A stretch of DNA of 64,000 nucleotides, taken from NCBI RefSeq assembly GCF_009914755.1, contig NC_060930.1; one strand, given 5' to 3'. The stretch is from the human T2T-CHM13v2.0 reference genome, Homo sapiens. Under the pieces are notes generated by a model. It worked only from the letters and a program-made list of their open reading frames with translations, did no database searches and had not been told where the DNA came from. This document shows positions 52,921-64,000 of the stretch, piece by piece. The position numbers and the translations under genes are program-made. The number at the start of each line of letters is the position of its first letter. Positions within the stretch are counted from its first letter, which is position 1.

Positions 52921-55133
52921 CTTACTACTGTCTTCTCATCAGACTATACTTTTTCAATATGTAACATGTCTCTTTGTTCTCTTCTATTCAAAGCTTTTCA
53001 TTTGAATATTGATTTTATTAAATATTCATGCCTACTTTCTTATTGTTAGTATTTGCCTGAAATTTCTTTTTCAATATTTTATTCTCAACTTTAAATCACA
53101 TTTTACTTTAAGTGTGTCTCCTTAAGCCAGGAAGTACATCAGTATTTAGTTTACCCAATCTGAGTGTCTTCAAACAGGAAAATGTATCCCATTATCATTA
53201 TTTAATAGTGGATATTTATAATTATTTGTGACATTTTATTTTATATTTTCTGTTTACTGTGTTTTCTTTTTTCCTATCTTTTTGTGTTGATAGTTTTTTT
53301 TTTTTTTTTTTTGGCTGTTGTTGCTGCTGTTCAATTTTATTTACTTTAGAGTTTCAAAAATTATGCATCCTAATCTTATTATTTGAGTGGACAGCCCTCA
53401 AAATCATAAGACACATAATTTTGTATTTTCCTTACTATCTTAAATAAATTATTTGTATTTAATTATTATCTGTATCTTTTATAAGTTCTATATCACTGTT
53501 CCTTTAGTTTTCCAGTTATATTTTTGTGATTTTTGAATCTGTCTTTCTCTGCCTTCATATGCTCTGACATTTAACTTTTATTTGCTTCTGTCACTGCACT
53601 GAGCACTTTTTATCTACACCCACCTTCTTTGCATAGCTGAACCACTCCTTCCCAACGAGCGGTTAATCTATTGTTTTGAACAGCATTGAACATCCAGATG
53701 GAGCTCTCTCTCATTCAATAAGCACTAGCTACTCCTCATTGTAGGAGAATCATCATCATAATTTTTAGAAAAGGATACAATTATCCATATCACATTAAAT
53801 TACATCATTTTCCTTCATCTAGAAACGGAGTTTATAATGCATACATACTCACACACACAGCTTATGTTTATGTGGGCTTTATTTGAGGAAAAGTGTTTTA
53901 CTTTCTTTGCTGTGGCAGATGGTTACATGTCGTTTTGTAAACATGGTGAGGTAGAAAAGATACTGCAGAAGACCTTAACATCGACAGGCAACATACACCT
54001 TATCTTCTTCATCGCACAGTAAGAGCCTCAAGGACCATTTGGAAGCCTGCAGAGGCAGACACTGTATTTTCTTTGCTTTGGCACTTATCATTAACCCAGA
54101 GAGCTACCCAGCTGCTAGTGCTGAAAAGCTATCCTTAGGGAAGAATTTCTTTCAAACAGAGCACCGTTTCTTTAAAACCACGTTGCCATTTGTATTCAGT
54201 ACAAGAGAGCTCATAACCAAAAGCGCCAACTGAGCTTTCCAAAGGCAAATGAGTCAGTCAATGAAGTATTTTTAGATAATCACTAGATTCTTAAATTATT
54301 CTCAAATATTGTAGACATGAATATTAATTTACTCTATTTTGATGATCAAATTTACAAAGAAAAAAAATACTCTCTTTATCCCCAGCTTTCTTATGGCAAT
54401 ACTGACCTCTCTCTGTTTCCATTTCCTAGAATACTGTTCACCTTAACCATCCAATCTAACCAAGTAATGTTTTCATATTATACTTATTTTAATTCTTAAA
54501 CAAAAATCAACTATATTTTAATATATCTATCAATTAATTCATTTATTTGCTTATCTAATTCCTGTTTTCTTCTTAAAAGCAAGGTTCTTTTCTATATTAT
54601 TTGCTTCCATATCTCCTGCATCTAGAACAAGACCTGGTGTATATAGCAGGTGATTAATCTATATTTCTCAAGTGATAAAGAATATTACAATGTTCTGAAA
54701 TAATTAAAAAACTTTAATTTCATCATGATAAACCTTAGAAAAAAATAAAATTGTCAATCATGTCAAAATTCTGAATATTATAACATTTTATTTTAAAAAC
54801 TTCCAGAACCTAGAGTTATTCATTCTTTGTAATCATCTTTAGGATTGCCAAAATAATGCAAATTTAATTTTTTAAAATGTAACAAGAAATACATGTACAT
54901 TATTGTGAAAACATAAGGATCTCTTATAGAAATTGTTGATGACTTTTTTTAAAATTAGGAGAATTTTTTAACATTTTCTTACAAAATAGTTAATTGTGAG
55001 ATTTGTTTTTGTAAGTAGAAAGCATATAGGATTGTGATATTTTAATGGCTCAGATGAAAATCAAATTCCCTTAAAAAGTTATCTTTGTGACTAGTAGAAT
55101 TCTTCTATGCAGGTTAAAAAGATGTTTGAAGGA

Positions 55134-55863
<730 letters not shown>

Positions 55864-56619
55864 CTAGCAATAAAATACAACAGAAGAGTAGTGGAATAAA
55901 ATTTCTTGTTTATTTAATTCCATCTGTCTGATATCTGAGATTAGGTTTCTAAAAAGCAGTGAATTTGCTCCTCTTCAACTGAAGATGAATATGAGAAATG
56001 GAAAGACCAAAATTACTTTCAGATTAATTGATACTGAAGAACTAAATCTAGGTGCAAAAGAATGCTGAAAAAATATTCATAGTTTCAGCCTCAGAAAGAT
56101 GTTTTTCAGCAAAATATAAAATTATAATATAAAACATGAATGCTAAACTATTAATTATAAAATCTGAAGATTTTTCCAGATATATCTCTTCTCCAATCTT
56201 CTTAACTTCAAACATCAGAGCTTAAAAAAATAGAGCTTCTGGTTTCCCTTGGGCTGATTGTGGCCACTTAATTTCAAATACTCCCCCAGAAAACATGTAT
56301 GTCAACAAGAAGAACAAATAAAATCACCAATAGCCTATGACAACAGCAGAGAGATAGAAAATAATTGAAATGTTTAATTCACATGTAAGTAAACATTGCT
56401 GTTTTACAGACCAGGGTCAAGGGTCAAAGATTTTGCAAAAGAGAACAGAATACACTAGAGTCCTAATAGCAGAGAAATACAGTTATTATAATATTAAGAG
56501 TTACCATCAAGAAAGGAGGATTGCATCCTGAATGGATGAATACCAACAAAAGATCCAAAGCCTGGTACATCAGAAAACTGAATATAGGAAATAAAAAGAA
56601 AGCAGCTTACACAGTAAAA

Positions 56620-58540
56620 GAATATCTCAGAGATACTGTGAGTTAGGTTCCAAACTGCCATGGAAAGGCAAATATTGCAATAAAGTGAGCCACATAATTT
56701 TTTTGTTTTTCCCAGTATATATAAAAGTTATGTTTACACTATACTGTGGTCTATTAAGTATGCAATAGCATTATGTCTAAATAATGCACATACCTTATTT
56801 TAAAAGTACTTTATTGCTAAAGAATACTTATGATCATCTCAGGCTTCAGCGAGTAGTAATCTTTTTGCAGGAGGAAGGTTTTGCCTCAAGGTTGATGGCT
56901 GCTGACTGATCGAGTGCTGATTACTGAAGATGAGTGTGACTGCAGTAATTTCTTAAAATAAGACAACAATGAAGTTAGCCACACCGATGGACTCTTCCTT
57001 TCATAAATAATTTCTCTGGAGCACGCCCTGTTTTTTGACTTAATAGCATTTTACCCACAATAGAACTTCTTTTGAAACTGAAGTCAATCCTTTCCAACGC
57101 TGTCTTTGCCTAATCAACTAAGATTATGTAATATTCTAAATTCTTTGTTGTCATATAAATGATGCTCAGAGCATCTTCACCAGGAAGAGATACCATCTCA
57201 GAAAATCACATTTTTTATTCATCCATGAGAAGCAATCCCTTTTCTATTCAAGTTTTATCATGAGATTGCAGCAATTCAGTCACATCTTCAGGAGCCACTA
57301 CTGACTCTAGTTCACTTGCTATTTCTACCACACCTACAGTTGCTTTCTCTTCTGAAGTCAAGTCTTGAACCTCCCAAAGTCATCCATCAGGGCTGGAATC
57401 AACTTCTTCCAAACTCCTGTTAGTGTTGATATTTTGACCTCCAATGAATCAGAAATGTTCTTAATGGCATCTAGAATGAACTCTTTCCAGAAGGTTTACA
57501 ACTTACTTTGTCCAGATCTACTCACTATCTATGGCAGCTATCACCTTATAAATGTATTTCTTAAAGAATATAACTTGAAAGTCAAAGTTACTCCTTGATC
57601 TATGGGCTGCAGAATGGAGGTTGTATTAGCAGGCATGAAAACCACATTAATTTCCTTTTACATTTTCATCAGAGCTCTTGAGTGACCAGCTACATTGTAA
57701 ATGATCAGTTTTTTGAGTCTTTTTTTTTTTCTGAACAGTAGTCTCAGCAGTGGGCTTCAAATATTAAATAAACCATGCTGTAAAGAGATGTTCTGTCTTA
57801 CAAGCTTTCTTGTTCCATTTATAGAGCACAGTTCAAGTAGGTTTAGTGTAACTCTTAAGAGCCCTAAAAGTTTTAGAATGGTAAATGAGTATTGTCTTCA
57901 ACTTAAAGCCACCAGCCATGTTAGCTCCTCACAAGAGTCAACCTGTCCTTTGAAGCTTTAAAGCCAGGCATTTTTCCTCCAACATAAGGTGATTTCATCT
58001 ACATTGAAAATATGTTTTCATATTTGTTTAGTATAGCCATGTTCATCAAACATCTTACCTTGATCTTCTGGAAACTTGCTGCAGCTTATAATCAGCAATT
58101 GCTTTTTTACCTTGTACTTTCATGTTACAGTGATGGCTTCTTTCTTTAAACCTGGTGAACCAACTTTTTCTAACTTCCAACTTTTCCTCTGCAGCTTCCT
58201 CACCTCTCTCAGACTTCATATAATAGAAGAAACTTAGGGCCTTGATCTGGATTAGGTGTCAGCTTAAGGGAATCTTGTGGCTAGTTTGACCTTCTATCCA
58301 GACCATTCAAACTTTGTCCATATCAGAAATAAGGTTGTCTCATTTTCTTATCATTTATGTGTTCACAGATGTAGCATTTTAATTTCCTTCAAGAACTTTT
58401 CCTTTGTATTTTTGCATTCTTGTCTTACATAACTTGGCTAACAGCTTGGTACAAGAGACCTAGCTTTTGGCCCATCTCAGATTTAGACATGCCTTCCTCA
58501 CTAAACTTAATAATTTCTAGCTTTTTATTTAAAGTGAGAA
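56620..58540 (-). mobile_element. Tigger1 DNA transposon (TcMar-Tigger), 5'-truncated, decayed transposase
   Basis: Minus-strand peptide LTLNKKLEIIKFSEEGMSKSEMGQKLGLLYQAVSQV (ORF 58425..58703) matches the Tigger1/TIGD1 N-terminal HTH; Tigger1 3'-end text at 56620-56800. Confidence 0.92.
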
Positions 58541-58837
58541 AAGCTTTCACCGGGCTTAGTCTATTTATATATAATGTAATTGTGATGTTTGGGGATTTAA
58601 ATCTGTCATTTAAAAAATTTGTCCCACATTTTATTTTCTTAGCTTTTCTTTTTATTCTGTATACTCCTTTCATACCTTCTTTTGGATTTATTTTTCTAAT
58701 CATTCCATCTTCTTCCCACCTTCTTATTAGCTTTTTAGTTATAAATGTTTGTTATTTTAATGATTATCCTCATGTCTAGCTATATTTAAATGGACCTTTA
58801 TACATTCTTTTTATAGTTTAAACCTCATAATACATTA

Positions 58838-59029
58838 CAGTAAGCCTTCACTTAACATTGTCAACACGTTCTTGGAAACTGAGACTTCCAGTGAAACATT
58901 GTATAACAGATCCAATTTTTTCCCTCATTAACACTGTAAGAATACATTGAATAAAACAATATTATTTGAAAACCTGCTAAATTCAAAATTTTCAAAAACC
59001 TATTAATAACATTAAATGAGGACTTACTG
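58838..59029. mobile_element. MER6-type MITE (TcMar-Tigger)
   Basis: TIRs cagtaagccttcacttaac / ttaaatgaggacttactg; TA target site on the left. Confidence 0.75.
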
Positions 59030-59483
59030 TGGTTTTGTTGCTTTAAACAGTGAATGTATATGTACATTTAACAAAATATGTACCAGTGTTCTTTATTCTT
59101 TCTGTTTGTATGTAGTTCCAGCTGGGATCATGTCCCTTCTACTGGAAGGGCAGAAATTTGTTATTATTATTACTATTAGGATGATGATTATTAGTATTTG
59201 TTATTGCATCTCTTCTAGCAAAATATTATTTTTCTTTTTTTAAAAAAAATCTTTATTTTACCCTCTTTTTTTGTGACAGATATTTTCCTTGGGTATTGAA
59301 TTCTAGATTGACAGTTTTTTTCCTTTGGACACTTCAAAGATGTCATTTCACCGGCTTCTGACTTCCATTATTTTTTGTTGAAAACTTGGTGTTAACTGTT
59401 GATCTTTTGAATAATGTATCCTTTTTCTCTGAATGATTTTCAATTTCTCTTTGTTTTCTTCTCTTTTTTTTATCTCTCTCTCT

Positions 59484-59604
59484 CTTTTTTTTTTTTTAGA
59501 CAGGGTCTCCTTCTGTCACTCTGGGTAGAGTACACTGGCACAATCACAGCTGACTGCTGCAGCTTCAACCTCCTGGGCTCAGGTGATCCCCCTACCTTAG
59601 CCTC
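59484..59604 (-). mobile_element. Truncated AluJ/FLAM-type monomer
   Basis: poly-T, then agacagggtctc...cctcctgggctcaggtgatcc. Confidence 0.85.
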
Positions 59605-60018
59605 TACTCTGTCTAATCTGTTGATTAAACCCTATATCAAATTCTTAGACAATGAGTTCTTGTGAGATCTGGTTGTTTAAAAGTGTGTGGCACTTCCTCC
59701 TCTCTGCTTTTAAGTAATCATTTTTATTTCTGGGATTTCTATTTGATTTGTTAAAATAGAATCCAATTCTCTAGTCAAATCTCCATCTTTTCACCTATTG
59801 GCTTGAAAATATTAAGCATAGTTATTTTTTAGTTGAGATATAATTTACGTAACATAAAATTCACCATTTTAAAGATGACAAATCAGTGGTTGTTAGTATA
59901 TTCACTATGTTGCCCAAACACCACCACTATCTAATGCCAGGGCGTTTCTATTACTCCCAAAGAAACTCCACAGTTACTAGCAGCCAATTCTCCCCTTTTC
60001 CTGTCCCCTGGCAACCAC

Positions 60019-60902
60019 TGATACAGTTTGGGATTTTTCCCCTCTAAATCTCATGTTGAAATGTAATCCCTAATGTTGGAGGTGGGGCCTGGTGGGAGGT
60101 GATTAGCTTATGGGGCAGATCCCTCATGGCTTGGTGCTGTCCTCAAGATAATAAGTTCTTATGAGATCTGGTTGTTTAAAAGTGTGTGGCACCTCCTCCT
60201 CATTCCTTCTGCTCTTGCCATGTGATGTGCCTACTCTGGTCCCACCTTCCACCATAAGTAAAAGCTCCCTGAGGCCTCCTCAGAAGCCAGGCCGATACTG
60301 GCCCCATGCTTGTACAGCCTGCAGAAGCATGAGCCAATTAAACTTCTTTTTATTTACTTATTCATTTTTTAAAAAGATGTAACTAAAAATTTAGACATAG
60401 TCAATCATATATGGAAGAAGTGAGGGAAGCAATATGAAGTATAAGGTATAAATGAGTAAAAATCCTAACATACCCTATAGAAAGTAAATTGATTTATCAA
60501 GAGGAATATTATTTTCACATGAGAAGATAAATACCAGAACAAACAGTTAAAAACAAAGTGATTCTTCTAGCAAATGGCACAAATCAATGAAATGGGACAA
60601 ATCAATGAGAGAAAAGAGTGAAGAATTTATATATATATATATATATGTTTTATAGAAGTATTTAACAATTATTTTCATGTAATACTTTCACCATAATTTT
60701 TTAAATTTTAATAATCAAGAAATAATGAAAAATAAAAATAGGTTATAAATTATAGGCAACTGCAGAGAATGTGGGAATTATTCTGATTTTTTTTAATTTA
60801 TTTTTTTTAATTATACTTTAAGTTGTAGGGTACCTGTGCTTTTTAAATAAATTACCCAGTCTCAGGTATTTCTGTATAGCAATGCAAAAACAGACTGATA
60901 CA
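60019..60902 (+). mobile_element. MaLR LTR (MSTB-like) split by a ~490-bp insertion at 60352-60838
   Basis: tgatacagtttgg...gagccaattaaac | ataaattacccagtctcaggtatt...gactgataca; TSD accac/actac. Confidence 0.85.
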
Positions 60903-62249
60903 ACTACTAATATACTTCTATTTTAGATACTTAATATATGTGAATCACACAATTTTTTTTTGTATCTGGCTTCTTTCATATAGCATGATTTTTGTTGTTG
61001 TTGTTGTTAATTCATAAACTTTATTTTTAGAGCAGTTTTAGGTTCACAAAAAAGTTGTGCTAAAAATATAGAGAGTTTTTTATACCCCTGTGCACACACA
61101 TACATAGCATCCCCCAAAAAGTGGTGTCTTTTTACGACTGATTACCAACATTGACACATCATTATCACCCAAAGTCCATAGTTTATGTTAGGGTTCCCTC
61201 TTGGTGTTGTACATTCAATGGGTTTTTACAAATGTAAAATGACAGGTATCCACCACTGAAATATGGTATAGAATAGTTTCTCAGCCCTAAAAATCCTCTA
61301 TGTTCTGCCTATTCATCTCTCCTTCCCGCCAACCACTGGCAGCCACTGATCACCTTACCGGCTCATCCATGTTGCAGCATGTATCAGCCCTTCATTTATT
61401 TTTAAGGCCAAATATGTTGCATTGTACAGATATATCACATATTGTTTATTCAGTAATCAGTTAATGGATATTTGGGTTGCTACTGCTTCTTCACTATTAT
61501 AATGTTGCCATAAAAGTTCATAGACAAGATTTTGTGTGAACGTATCTTTTCAATTCCCTTAGATATATATCTAGGAATGGAATTGCTGGGTTTTATCATA
61601 GTTTTATGCTAAACTTTTTGAGGAATAGCCAAGTTATTTTCAACAGTGTCTCTACCATTTACATTTCCACCAGCAATGCATTAGGGTTTCAATTTCTCCA
61701 CCTCCTCACCCACATTTGCTATTGACTATCTTTTTTACTGTTAACATCCTAGGGGGTGTCGAGTGCCATCTCTTTGTAGTTTTTATTTGTTTTTACCTAA
61801 TTATTAATGATGTTGAGCTTTTTTTTGTGTTTATTGGCTGTTGGTATATTTTCTATGGAGAACTGTCTTTTCAAATGAATTATCCATTTTTAAATTTGGT
61901 TATCTTCACTTGTTCAATTTTATTTCTTTTTTTCTATTCCTCAGACTGGGTAACTAATCTAAATTGACCTATTTTCAAGTTCACTGATGCTTTCTTCTGA
62001 CCAAATCTCTTGTTGAGCCTCTCTAGTGAATTTTTTATTTTATTTGTTTTTTTTCCTACTATAAAGTTTCTATTTGTTTTTTCTTTAGAATTTCCATCTT
62101 TTTATTGATATTCTCTATTTGGTAAAACATGTCTCCCACATTTCTTTAATTCTTTAGGATTACTTTAATTATTCAGTTCCTTGGGTGTTTTCAGCTTTTC
62201 AGACATATTTAAAATAGCTTTTTTGCTGAAAAGACATTTATTTGATATG

Positions 62250-62637
62250 TGATATGGTTTGGCTTTATGTCCCCACCCAAATTTCATGTGGAATTGTCAT
62301 CTCCACGTGTTGAAGGTAGGGCCTGGTGGGAGGTAACTGGATCATGGGGGCATATTTCCCCCATGCTATTCTCATGATAGTGAGTGAGTTCTCATGAGAT
62401 CTGATGGTTTAAAAGTGTGTGGTACTTCCCCCACCGCCCCCCTCCTGCCTCCATGTGAAGAAGGTGCTTACTTCCCCTTCGCCTTCTCCCATGATTGTAA
62501 GTTTCCTAAGGCCTCCCATTCATGCTACCTGTTAAGCCTGCAGAACCATGAGTTGGTTAAACCTCTGTTCTTCATAAATTACCCAGTCTCATGGTCTCAG
62601 GTAGTTGTTTATAGCGGTGTAAGAACAGTCGAATACA
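62250..62637 (+). mobile_element. MaLR LTR (MSTA/THE1D-like)
   Basis: tgatatggtttggct...ccatgattgtaagtttcct...aaattacccagtctc...gaataca. Confidence 0.88.
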
Positions 62638-63683
62638 GCATGTATTTTCCCCAAATAGTAAAATAAACTGACCAGTGGATCAAAATAATTTAACCTAACA
62701 AATGAAAAAAAGCTATTTGATTTCTCAATAAGAAAATACGCTGATCAAAATTTTCACCAAGAATCAGTTGAAAATGTTGCCACCTCATTGGCATTATTTT
62801 GGCTGCTCACCTAGGTGATTCCACTGACCTAAAAATAAAACATAAAAACAAATAAACAAACAGTCTCTTTCTCCATAAAACATTAAACCACCACCATCAA
62901 AAGCTGATTCTATTTATGTCTACATATGAGGGAGCCTAGACTCTTGAAATAGTATAATACCAAGAGAGACCACAGCAATTGCATGGTTGCTGAATCTAAT
63001 TTGTCAAGTATCAGTTCAGTTCAATTCAGTCCAGATCTTGAAGGTGACATGCTTTGTACATCAGGCTCAGCTCTTACCTGTTTAGGTTACTTAATGGAAT
63101 TTTAAGTAATTTTAAACCTACACTGAAAATGAAAAAAATTAATATGCTAGAAATCAGAATGCAAATTATACATTCATTTTAGGATAAAACACAAAACTGG
63201 TAAGACATTTCATGTTTGTGGCAGGTTTGCTTCATGAGGCAATCCATGGTATCCTGAGAGATACATTGTTAACTCTTACCTCTTTTCAGGTGGTGTATGT
63301 GTGTGTGCACACGTGTGTGTGTGGGTGGACAGGCAAGGTGCTCTGGCTTGGGTTTTCTGAAGTCAAATCTAAAGAACAATCAAGACCAAGACAAATGGTG
63401 TCATGGGACAAGGTCCCCAGTGGGAAGTGAGGCTTATGGACAAGAGAACGGAAATAGAATAACAAAAGAAGCTGATTTGGAGAAGCAGGGTGCAGGGCTG
63501 ACAGTACAGGGAGGTATTCTCCCTGTCCTGCTAACTGTAATTGTGTGCTTATCTCTCCCCTGAGTTTTGGCTATTATATTCTGAGTCTGGGTCCATAGGT
63601 AAGGCTGCACACAAAGGTAGGTCTTGAGTTTCACACAAAGAGTTTAGGTATTCCCAGTGTAGATTCTCCTGAGAAGGGAATAA

Positions 63684-63984
63684 TTTTTTTTTTTTTTTTT
63701 TTTTTAGATGGAGTCTTGCTCTGTCACCCAGGCTGGAGTGCAGTGTCATCATCTTGGCTCCCTGCAACCTCTGCCTCTGGAGCTCAAGTGATTCTCCTGC
63801 CTCAGCCTCCTGAGTAGCCGGGATTACAGGCACACGCCACCACACCCAGCTAATTTTTGTATTTTTAGTAGAGACGGGGTTTCACCATGTTGGTCAGGCT
63901 GGTCTCAAACTCCTGACCTCGTGATCCACCCGCCTCAGCCTCCCAAAGTGCTGGGATTACAGGCGTGAGCCATTGCACTCGGCC
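63684..63984 (-). mobile_element. Alu (AluSg-like)
   Basis: Antisense dimer with poly-T; degenerate TSD aagggaataatt / aaggataatctt. Confidence 0.95.
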
Positions 63985-64000
63985 AAGGATAATCTTTTTA

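Larger units (their letters stand above)
58545..62220 (-). mobile_element. Nested cluster of old L1 fragments (L1M, L1MB-like 59830-61905, L1MC1-like 61010-61355)
   Basis: ttgagatataatttacgtaacataaaattcacc (L1MB 3' end); agagcagttttaggttcaca...catcattatcacccaaagtccatag (L1MC1 3' end); antisense ORF1 text on both flanks. Confidence 0.75.

Noticed and set aside
56620-58540. TIGD1 or another domesticated transposase gene
   Set aside because: No long ORF in the track; truncated and frameshifted Tigger1 fossil.

Overview
AT-rich, repeat-dense primate (human-like) non-coding DNA. I found no convincing cellular protein-coding exon, RNA gene or CRISPR array. The dominant feature is a ~9.9 kb, nearly complete but decayed class I (ERV1, MER4/PRIMA4-like, MER39-type LTRs) provirus at 16255-26155 on the + strand. 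It retains recognisable gag, pro-pol and env remnants and carries three Alu insertions. Between pol and env lies an unexpected ~0.5 kb spacer with three same-frame, ATG-initiated, hydrophobic small ORFs, a possible undescribed accessory-gene cassette and the most interesting signal here. The rest is layered L1, L2, Alu, MaLR/ERVL LTRs, Tigger1, MER5A and MER6, plus a GC-rich poly(A)-tailed segment (4.7-5.57 kb) resembling a retrocopy of an unidentified mRNA. Micro-rearrangements are also visible: three short locally templated copies, two L1 3' transductions and a 5'-inverted Alu. Repeat subfamily names are from recalled consensus sequences and need RepeatMasker/Dfam confirmation; boundaries of old elements are approximate.
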